DNA of 57,759 bases from Hydrolagus affinis. Its lineage: Eukaryota. Where the stretch lies: assembly GCA_012026655.1 (NCBI GenBank), contig JAAILG010002115.1, positions 1-57,759 on the forward strand. Direction: 5' to 3'. The notes under the pieces were generated by a model, which did not search any database, was not told the DNA's origin, and was given only the letters and a program-made list of their open reading frames with translations. A program made the position numbers and the translations under genes. This document shows positions 27,401 to 39,400 of the stretch, one piece after another (the stretch's first letter is position 1; every line of letters starts with the position of its first letter).

Positions 27401-30400
27401 TGAGAGGATCAACTTCAAAATCCTCACCCTTGTTTTCAAGTCCATCCACTCCTCTGCACCCCCCTACCTCTCTGATCTCCTCTCTCCCAAAACCAGCTGC
27501 CTTCGCTCCACCAGGTCTGGCCTCCTCCATGTCCCCCGAATCCTCCGCTCCACCCTCGACAGCTGTGCCTTCAGCTACTATGCCCCAAGGCTCTGGAATT
27601 CCCTTCCTCACTCCCTTCGCCTCACCCCCTCTCTTCCCAGTTTTAGGTCACAGCTAAAGACCTTTCTCTTTGACCGCGCCTTTGGTCACCTTTCTACCCC
27701 TGCCCCTGGTTCGGTCGGTCCCGGGATCCGCTATTGTGAAGCGCTCTGAGACACCGTCCAGCGTGGAGAGCGCTATATAAATCAAAGTTGTTGTTGTTGA
27801 GTCTGCTGTAAGGATCAGCTTTAATTAGCCAAAACACCTTCTTTATTTGAACCTCTCTTATTTCTTTCCAGAATGGGACAGCGCAGTGCAAGAGGCTGAT
27901 TTGCCCAGTTGAGAATTGTCCTCCAGGTAATGCACCCGTCTACGTGGATGGAAAATGTTGCAAGGAATGCCAGCGTGAGTATCTCACTATTTTGTGGACA
28001 CCTTGTACACAGTGCTATAAGTGAATACATTTAATTCCTACTTAAAACATTTTTTTGTGCAGATCATTATTTTATCAGCTGCCCTCCTGATGTAATATTC
28101 TCCAGATGGTCTCATCGTGAAGCTTCAAATAAACAAACCTTTTTTACTTAATAGACTAATTATTATGCACAAACATGTTCTCCCTTCAGATCTCCATGTC
28201 CTTTCATAGAAACTACAATAATTTTCAAGTCTATAAAACAATCCAAGAAAATGAAAGAAGCACTCAATTTGTATTCAGTTTTGGTTCGACCTTCACAACC
28301 CAATATCTGGTCGAATGCAAAGATTATTTATTATTTACCTGATCTTGATCAAACCATTTGCCCCTTTCCTTATTGCACTACCAAGGAAAATGTTGTATGG
28401 CCTTATTGAAACATTCAAAAACAGAAAATATAAAGGTTTCCCACTTTCCCCCCACCTCAGCCCATGGAAGGAAGCAACATCAAAGTAGAAATTGGATTTA
28501 CAAAAAATATATAGATTTATATTTGTATTTCCTGCTTTTAAATCTCATTGCTTTAAAGTTTGAATAAAGCTCTACTAATGAAAGTGCTCTACGATGCCAC
28601 CCTGTGTGAGAGGTGTTATATAAATGCAAATTGTTGTTGTCTTCGGTCATCTTTCCCCTGGCTTCCTCATTGCTTGGCCATAGAATTTTTTTGAAGACTT
28701 TCTCCTCTGTGAAGTGCACTATACACTTGCAATTTATTGCTACAGCATCATATAGGAGCCACTTAGCCAACAATGTTCACAATGTCAGAAAACTAGCTGC
28801 ATTTGCAGAATGTGACAGATAATTGAAGAGGGATATTAGTCTATCCACGTGTTTGCAATGCTATTTTCTTTCTATGCGATAGACTACTGTGAAAAAGAGA
28901 ATCTCTGAAGTGAGCGAAATTCAGACACAAATTAACCAGTTATTGCCTGAATTGCCTTCAGTTCAGTACTTACTATTCTAGAATTCATTATAAATTGTAC
29001 AATAATATATATTCACTATGTTAAAAATATTAATGTTGAAATATGCATTTCCTGAGGGAGTTTTAACTATTCACCAGGTGTCATAGAAACATGAGTAGGC
29101 CATTCCACCAAATATTTGCACGTTGAGCCCATTCCAGCACTTTCCAAGATCATGGTCAATTCAATTTCAGCATATCGGCTGCAGTGTTTTCTTACAAGAA
29201 TATGCTTTCAAGTAAAAATCTTGTGAAGCTCTTTGAGATGTTTTGATAATATGATAAAGCACTATGTCATATGCAATTATTATTACAATTTATCTTATTT
29301 CAGCTGCTGCTAACACAGATCTGCTGTTCATTCCCCAACCCCTCTGAGCCAGAACAATGGTCCTAATCCACATAATTCCAGCCACGATGTCCTTAATCCA
29401 TATAACTCCCTGCCTCAATTCCTCCACTTCACTCCCTCTTTTATCCATCTTTAAATCTAACCTGAAAACCTACCCCTTCGACTCCGCCTATGGTCACCAC
29501 CAACTTCTCCCTTTTTCCGAGTCCAATCGCTGTACAGCGCTCCAAGATAATAATAATCCTTGCACTTGATATAGTGCTTTTCATGTCTTCTAGACATCTC
29601 AAAGTGCTTCATACTGTATAGTGAATTGACTGTATATTTGTGGGCGAAATGCGGCAGCCACAGCAGTGTCCCACAAACAGTCAAGGATTGAAATGACCAA
29701 TTTTATTACGTATTGTGTTTTTTTCATAGGGATTATTATTGGAAGTTTTATTAAAAAAACAACAATTTTATTAATAAAATATACTGTGATAATAATAATG
29801 ATAATAATAATAATCCTTGCATTTGATGTAGCCCCTTATCACATCATTGAGACGTCTCAAAGCGCTTCACAGTATATATTGTAAAGTGAATTATCGGTAT
29901 ATTTTGTGGGCAAATTGAGGCAGCCATTGACGAACAGCAGGGTCCGAAAAACAGTTTGGGATTGAATGACCAAGTTATTTATTTAGGTTTTTTTTAAGCT
30001 ATATGCATGAAGTGGATCATATAAATCTAAATTGTTTTCTGTTTATTTGTTGGAGTTCTTGAAAGTGAGATAAACAGTATGTGTTGGTTGAGGTAATGTA
30101 TTCAGTTTGTACAGTTTCTCCTGAGAGCAGCAATGTTAACAAGTACAGAAGCTATTGTGCTGCCCTGGTTTTATTGAGCTTCAGCAGCTCTATTGTTTCT
30201 TGTGCAGTTTACAGTGTGGTGATGCAAGGTTTTATCCCCTTCACAGCTTTATTGTGCTAATGCAAAAGCTACCCTAATGCCGCTGAGCTCTGGCTAATGT
30301 CAAGTGTCTTTTGTTTGATGAGCAGGTTTGCCTTTAATCATCTGCTAAAATATGGATGTAGTTGCCTCTGAACACATGGCGGATGAACAGAATCCCACCA

Positions 30401-33400
30401 CATATGACACACAATATATTTAAAATTGATCAAAATGCAAAGATTTCAGATATGAAGCAAGTGAATGTTGTTCCAATAATATTTGTATTTCCATTGGGAA
30501 ACTGATGAACCAATAAACTCCCAGAATAAAATACAGGGCACCAGCTTTACCAGCAGGAAAAACTGCTAAATTGCTGTTTGTCGCGAGAGGGAGAAGTGGG
30601 GGGATAGGTGCCAACATGTTTTTGAAATGATCATCTGCTCTATGTATAAATCTGGATCATTCAACTCTTTCCATTGAACCATTACGTTTTTTGCATCAAT
30701 AGATAAAAATGAGCAAGTTCAAAACCAGTAACTCTGCAAGCTATTACATTGAATTGAAAACCTATCCATATTTCATGTCGCTGTGACCTATTTATTTACA
30801 AATGTTACAAAACAAAGATCTCCATTTGTGCTATAGTGGCAGGCAAGGAATTCTTATATATCTGCTGGTGGTATTGGGATACAGTATATTGTTATGCTCT
30901 ATGGTATGCAGACATCGTTTTTCAGCTGAGCAATATTTCAGCTTTCTACTTAAATGCAATAGGCAACAGCCATAGTAGGTAATTTTTCTGTCAAATCTAT
31001 TCTATTTCGTTAGATTACATCAGATCTTTTAATCCCGTTTCACCCTTTCTTCATAACAGTTAAACTCCTGCAACAACAGCGACAACAGTAGCAATTTTAT
31101 ATTTCTGTAGGACCTTTTACCTTGGAAAAACGCTTTCTGAAGCTGACAGGGAGCTCAAACTGAGTGTGGGTGGAAGTACTTATCATTTGTGTGTTTCACC
31201 CACAAATATATAGTCAATTCACTTTACAGTATATTCTTAAAATCCAGGTCATCCAGAATTCTGCTGCCCACATTCTTACCCATACCAAACTCCTCTCCCC
31301 GATTACCCCAGTCCTTGCCTCTCTGACCTCCTCTCTCCTCACAACAGTACCCATTGCCTTCACTCCACCGGATCTGTCCTCCCCCTTTTCCCCCGAATCC
31401 TCCACATCGGCGGCTGTGCCTTCAGCCACTACGTCCCGAGGCTCTGGAACTCCCTTCCTCACAACCTTCGCCTCGACCCCCTCTCTTCCTACTTCAGGTC
31501 TCAGCTAAAAACCTTTCTTTTAGACCGCACTTTGATTCACCTTCTTCCCCCTCCCACTGGCTCGGCCCCGGGATCCATTATTGGGAAGCGCTCTGAAACG
31601 CCATCCAGCACGGAGGGCGCTATATAAATCCAATTTGTTGTTGTTGTATTCTGTGAAGTGCTTTGAGACATCTTGACGATGTGAAAAGCACTATATCAAT
31701 TGCAAGGATTATTATTATTATTTACAAGTATTACATGTCTCCCTTTTAAACATCCCAAATGATTCTGCTTCTGCAGCCTATTGGGATAATGCATTCCACA
31801 ATCTCACAATTCTCTGTAGGAAGAAATTTTCCTGCTAACCAGTTCATCTGTAATTTTAATGTCATATCCTATTATTTTGTATCCCTTCTTTAATGGAAAG
31901 TGCAGTACCTTATCACTAAATATTTTAAAATGTAAACAGCTCAATCAGACTCTCTTTCTGACTCAGAGGAATATGACTCATATTTACCCAGTTTCATCCT
32001 AGGTAATCTCCTTCATCCCAGGCATTTATTTGCTAAACACCCCTGATTACACACTGACTTCAATTAGCTTGTAACTTTTTGCAGTGTTTTAAATCTAAAT
32101 TAGACTAGCTGTAACAGGTAATCTTTGAGGAGAGATATTTCCTCTTTATTTTGATTATAGATTTACAATGGACATTACCAATGGACATTTTTGCACCCTG
32201 CCAGAAATGCTGAGTATCTTTAGCAGCATTTAAAAATATGTGCTATTTTGTTCTTTCCTCAAGAAACTGACTTGTGGCTGGGGTATGATTCAGCAGGTGC
32301 CAAATGTACTCCATCACCTCACTCACTTGGAGATTTTAGATTGCCAGTGCTAGCAAGATATAATAGGAAGAATAATCACAACAACGACAACTTGCACTCA
32401 TCACATATGAACATTCCCATGGAGTACTTTTCAAGGGATGATATGAATCACAGTTAAGTTTAATTCTGCCCTCACTTTATGTCCTCAACGTATGCTTTCT
32501 GGCAGTTGTCATTGGATATAAATCCATAGTAGACCTCTAGCAAATTTTGTTTTTCTCTTAGCCCAGGCAGTGGAGACATCCATTGTAGTAACCCTACTCA
32601 ACTCATAACAGCAACTAGTAGCAATGTATGTGAAATCATGCCAGGAGACGTTTAGGCACATGACTCAGTTATCAATTTTAAATTTTTTAAATGGTACGTT
32701 ATTTTTATTACCAGCTGTATGTGTCCTCGGCAACAAGCGTTACCATAATGGAGAGAGAACAACAGAGTGGAAAGCTTCAGGGGAGTGTTATCTCTTAGAG
32801 TGCAAGGTAGGACACACACATTCCCTGATGATTACGAAACTATGAAAAACCTTTTCTGTTTTGCATACAAGATATTTGCACTTTCCTGGTTCCTCACTTG
32901 TTGAGTTCCCCATCAACACCACCCAACTTTTGAGGCTGCTGGATCTGAGCTGTTGTGTCGGTCTTCAACACCGAACCTCAACAACACAGCAGGAAGAGCT
33001 TGAACCTTGTGCACCCTTGTCTGGCTAGCCACATACCTCGCTGGCTTCACCCAGCAATCCAGCAGCCTAAGTGTGTTACAGTATGTTAGATTTAATTTAA
33101 TGGAATAGTCAGGGTCTAATATGTGAGTTATGTAAACCATGTATAAACACAGCACAGAGAAAATTGTTGTGCCTTCAATTAGGGTCCAATATTAACTAAT
33201 GAAAATGAATGATTAATTAACAATCAATCCTTCATGTTAATTATAATTTAAATCAAGAGCTATTTCTCTTCATGGGTAGGACGGTGAATTTAGTACACTG
33301 GATTTCACCTTTGGGATATGTGCTTGATTCCAGCTCAGTTTCCTTTCTCTCCATGGGGTTCTGAAAGTGTTCATGAGGTAGGTTTTGGGGCCTCAGACCT

Positions 33401-36400
33401 CTCTGCCACTTAGCAGAATTAGAACTTCTCATAAACCTTGCAGAGAGAAACCACAAGCGCGGCACATGCGCACAATGGAAATGTCCCTCTGGTGGAGAGG
33501 AGGATGACTGTCTGAGGCTGATGTGGGGAAGAATGTTGTGGGGTTGGTGTAGAGGAGCTTTACTCTGTGTTATTACGTGACCTGGATAAAAATATTAAAA
33601 AAATCTATTTACAGCACTCACTTCTATCATCCTAATGAGCGCAGACACATACACAAGAGTGCTACCAATGTTGAGTAATGTAAAATAATATAATCTGGGG
33701 ACACGCTGAGCCCTGAAGGAACAATTTCTCTGGTAAATTTTGAAATCAAAGTAGTTTTTAATGCACAACATTTAGGAAAACTAACATCCACAAATTTAAA
33801 TGATTTGTAATAAAGAATTAAGGAGCATATGTTCACAATATCTAATGAATGAAAGAAAAAATGAATGAAGACAAAAATTTGTGTTGCTTATTTGTGCAGG
33901 AAGGACTCAGTCTTGAAAGTTTGAAGCCTCAAGCAATAGCTCCAAGTTTAAATTATGTTAATTCTGCAAACAGAAACACTGACAAAAATGAAATGAAAGC
34001 AATGGATATCTTTAATAATAAACCAAATGAAATATAATAGAAAAACTTTACGTCATAGAAGAATAATTATTTTACCTTAATTCTGAAATGGCAAATCTTT
34101 TGACCTCTAAATGGGTTTAATTAATGTTTTCTGCATCATTTGACAGAACAAATCAATGCAACGTGTTGTGTATCCAAGTTGCCCTTCTCTGCCTTGCTCA
34201 TCGTCAGACCAAATCTCCTTGACGTACAGCTGCTGCAAGGTTTGCAAAGGTAATGGATAAAGGGTTTAGGACTCTGTGTATAAGTCAAGTTCTGAATCAA
34301 CATTACTATACGATGTGGTGAATGTAGATTAGCCGTGTTAGATTCTGATTGATTAGTAATTCCACAGAGACATGTCACTTGTGCCCCGAGGAACCTAGCT
34401 GTAGAGAATATGAACAACAGGGCAAGTTATAATTCAAGGAGTTTTTTTTAAGATGTACATTTCAATTACAAGATATTCCAATTTGCATTGGTTCACTGCT
34501 AATAATGGCCTGTGACAAAGGGAATTTTTAGTGTGGATATGCCTTTTGGGACTTGATGAGTTGGGATATCTTGAACAAAGTAGTGCATTTGTAGCATTCC
34601 TGCTGAACACCATGACTTCTAATAGCATTAGTGCTTCCACAATCTGTGCAGTTGATTTTTATCCTTCAACCTCCACCAACTATTTGCTTCGTTAGTCCTT
34701 CATGACCCTATCACTTTAACACACTCTGTTGCTCCAGTTACATAGCTATTAGTTCATTTATTGGAGGTTAATGGAACAGGCTTCGGGCCAACAGGTTGCA
34801 ACACGGGCAGCTTTGAAGCACTAGAGCTGAAAAACAAAGGAACCAAGTTAAGAGTGAAGCAGCTGAAAGTTAGTGATACAAAATAGATTGAAGCATCAGT
34901 TCATTTATGTAAATGTAAATGTGGCAGACTCTGATTTCTAAAATCTGTTCTGGAACAATATTAACCCACCAAACAAACCCACCTCTGATGTAGATTTTAA
35001 GCTTGGATAAGGAAGCCAGGTTGAAAAGGAGGAAATGCTTCCAAAATTTGATTTTGATCATCTCACAAAGAGGTTGTGAATCTGACCCATGACTTGCAAT
35101 GAAGTCTACAGCCCACATCAACACACACACATACACACACACACACACACATACATACATACATACATACATACAAATCTGAAGCTTGAACACAGTATCT
35201 TGATGTGTATTTTTAAACAACGGTACCCAAGTGCTAGTTTTCTCAGCCTATGTTGTTAGCAGCTCCACTCAGTCTGATGGACCTTTTTATAAGCAGGATA
35301 TGGTATTACAGTGCCAAAGCTAAAGTGCACTGTTGCTCACTCCTGGCAGAATAATGAGAGAATAAATTGATCATATGATTTTGTTGTCAAATAACTAATG
35401 CATTATTTTTAATGCAGGCAATGATTTTTGTGCTGAGGGCCCCAACTGTGTTGAAAACTCTAAATGTGTGAATTTGGAAGCTGGTGCATTCTGCCAATGC
35501 AACACTGGCTACACCCCTCTCCGGGAAGACAAAGCCTATTGCACAGGTCAGTGTATGGAAAATATTGTACCACAATTCATGTTTGAGCTTTTATATCATG
35601 ACAGTCTCAAGCCTTCTAATTGCAGGGGTACGATTTATTTATCAATGCCAACCCAAACCAATATCATTTACAAACCTTGCTTAGAAGTAGCAAAATATAT
35701 ACGCAGATTCCATAATATACATTGTTTTGACAATCGTGCAATTTATAATGATATTTTCAGCTTTACTAGCTCACGTTGTTACATTTAATGTCAAAAGAAA
35801 TTGTCTGCCGCGTTTCACCCACAAAATGTACAGTGAATTCACGTTACAGTATATTCTGTGAAGCGTTTTGAGACATCTCGAAGAAGTGAAAAAGCTATAT
35901 AAAATGGAAGGCTTTATCCTTATTCTATTAACATGGGCTGGATGCATAATGTGCCACAAAGAGAGAGATGAAAATGTAAAGAGGAGAGAAAGTAAAGCAA
36001 AAAGTGGGGAACAGCTAGCAAATAAAAATGCTTGCAAGATTTTTCACCAGCAATAGTGAGACAGAGTAGTTCTTTCAGGAGGTGTGGACGAACCAGAATC
36101 CACAAGTAATGCAGGCGTGAGTGTGTTGAGCTTGTTGTTTACATGACTGAAAAAATGCCTGGAAGCCACCATTATGAGTCAAATATTCTGTTCATTTTGT
36201 GGAGGCACATTCCAGAGGGAATCGTAATGCCTCTGTAAATTGATTTGAGAATGCTGGTGCTGTTGACCAGCAATTATTTCACACTGGCGAAGGAACACTT
36301 TGGATTTTCACAAAAGTGAAATAATCTTGTGAGGCGTGAAATTACTAGTCAGGTCATAGAATGAAAGGCAGTGCACAGCTCGATTGAAAGCCAAGGTAAG

Positions 36401-39400
36401 CTGCTTTGTTCCATGCATCAGCAAAGCACATCAGATTTAACAAATCCCAGTAAACAGCACATTACTGCAGTGGATGGACAGTATGCCAATATGCATGTAG
36501 GCATTGCATTCCTCTGTATTTCTGCAGGAAAACTATAGATAAGCACAAAAAAGCCTGATGTGAATACTGTATTATCACTTGTAACATTAACTAAATAGTG
36601 GTTAAACTAGCCGATAATTCCCAACGAACCAAAAATTTCAGTGGTTGACATTTTTGATGCCACTTCTGGAGAAGAATAGGTAGGCATAGAGTTTGGCCAC
36701 AATGAGAGCTGAAGTGGATGGCAAGTCAAGAAGTAGAACACATTAGGAAATTAGAAAATGATCACAAAGTGAGATGGTTTGATGCATCACTAAAAGTGCC
36801 GTTAATGGAAGGTTCAGCAAAAAAAAAGTAAAGGCAGATTTGACCGCAATAAGCAGGTGATAACTCCTGGTCCCTTGCATTTTCTGAGAATCAGAAGTCC
36901 ACTTCAAAATATGGAGACAGGCTGCTCACTTTGTCTGGATCAGTGGTGGCCGGCCTATGGCCTGGAGGCCAAATGTGGCCCACGGGGGCGGGGGAAACAA
37001 GAAGCAACCAGCCAAACATTCACATTAGTCTTGGTAAGTCTGCGTTAAATCGATAATTTGTATCCAGTTGTTACTGAACAGCGATATTTATGGTATATCC
37101 ATAAATTATGAAATACTCAAGAAAAATGTATTTGATTGACTACCATTGGCTACCATATTACATGCAAAGCACATAGACACACAACATATATCCCACTTTA
37201 TTAAATATTTAAACATTTTCCCATAATTTGTATCTAAATTAGTAAATGTAGATTAATTTTGTTTTGTTTCAGTTTAACTTCATTGCCGAGCATAGAAGCA
37301 ACATGTTTATCAGTTGCCTGAACCATTTTTGATCAGTGAGATAACATGGTGAAGGATAATAATAATAATTAGTAATCCTTTGTGGGCAAAATGCTACCAC
37401 GTTTCACTGCCGCGTTTCACCGAAAAATATACAGTCAATTCACTTTACAGTATATTCTGTGCAGCACTTTGAGATACCTAGAAGATGTGAAAAGTGCTAT
37501 ATCAAATGCAAGGATTATTATTATGTGGTATAATGCCTTTCGTGTTGGGTCAAAAGCGTTTTACAGAATATACTGTAAAGTGCAGTGACTGTGTGTGCTT
37601 TATGGGTGAACACAGCAGATGATTTGTCCCACAGTAATGTCCCACAAACAGCCAAGAAATGAACGCATGGTGGAACAGCACTTTGATCCCCTGATGTGCT
37701 TATACACTCTGATTCATACCCTTGATTCGCCCTCTCAATGCAAAGCAGTACACAGAATAGAGATTAGGTCCAATAGAGGAAGCAAGGGAAAATGAGATTC
37801 CTGTCGTCATATACTTTTCAGAAGTAAATTTAATCCACCATCACAAGGGAGTACTTCATAAATTAAGGAACAGAACACAGATTACTGCGAAACATGTTCA
37901 AAAAATAGGAAAATCATGAACTGCATTTGCTCTAAGATGAATTTTGTGCTACCATAGTGATCAACTAAGGGTTAAACCATCCTGCTAAAACTATTGCTTT
38001 AAAGATATTGGTTTTGCAGCATCTGCTTTGGGGAGAGCTCAGTAGAACTCTTCACTACAAAAACCAAACATACATAGCATAAATCGTTAACTGGGCAAAT
38101 TGCCCATTACTAGTTTAGGGATTGTGGCCATCTGCCTATTCGTGTATGTGTAACTATTACAATGGAGGTGCTTCTAGTTCAGTGATTTCTCTTTAGATCT
38201 GTAAAAGAAATAAACACTGTCAGCACAAGGCGTCTTGGAGTTCTGAAATATTGCATTTGATTCCTCCCTATTATCATTCATTCAGGGCTCAGTAAAGCAA
38301 CACTTTTGCTTGGATAACAGCCATCAGATGAAAACTGCAGTTTGATGGCAGCCCTTTTCAGTTTGGCTCATCCAGAAGAAAGGCTTGGCAGAAGAGTCAA
38401 AGCAGTTCTGTAATCCATCATGTCCCGTCCCTCCGTGTAATTAGGACATGGTGCTGGAAAGCAGCCTTGCGTTTTCTAAATCTCACTGAAGTTCTGCCAT
38501 CTGTCAGCAAAATGTTTCTGCGAAGTTTGTGTTTCAAATGGACAACAGTTTTTTTAAAAAAAAATCTATTCAGATTTTCTTTCAAAGCTGCATTTTGATT
38601 GAATGTAAAATTAATATGCGCTATCTCACATATCACTAGATTTGAATACAAATCTTGCATCACCTTTTGCCTCGAGCATTCACTGGCGTCACTGTAATTA
38701 AAGATGCTATCTTTCTTGTGCAAGGCCTTTTCATATTAAAACATTATTCAGTACAATACTGAGAAAAACGATCACTTTCTTCAAGTCTTGGTATTAAATA
38801 ACATAATTCAATGGTTGCTGAGCTCTACTTGTAGATGTTAGCACTCGTGTGATCTTATACCAATGCAGAAGCTACATTCTTTACCCTACCCCCCACCCAC
38901 TTCCCAGAGAAGATTACAGAGGTTTTTTGATAATATCTGTAAATTAAGCTAAATACTTAAAGAGTTCTATGGCCTCATTTATCAACTCTTCAGTTACAAA
39001 AAAAATTAACAGAGGCCCAAACCAACAAGAAATGAAAAGCTATAGTTGCAGGAGGCTCCATTACTTAAATTAAGTGCAAGAATCAATGATAGTATTTACA
39101 GTAACAATATTAAGTCACTCATTCAAATAGTGGTATGAAAGCATACTTGTCTGTATTTCCATTAATTAATATTAGCAATAATCCTTGCATTTAATATAGC
39201 GCCTTATCATGTTGTTGAGGCATCTCAAAGCGTTTCACAGAATATACTGTAAAGGGAATTGACAGTGTATTTTGTGGGCAAAACACGACAGCCAATTTGA
39301 TACAGTTGTTATGCATTTAATTTTTTTTGTTTAAATAGTGTGTATTTCTAGATCTGTGCTGCCAAGTTGTCACAATTCTGTAGTCAGGCACGCAAAGCTT

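Noticed and set aside
27036-27749. Longest ORF (237 aa) as a nested host gene
   Set aside because: It is the C-terminus of L2 ORF2; the N-terminal part is unrelated flank joined across a frameshift, and no RT core is present.
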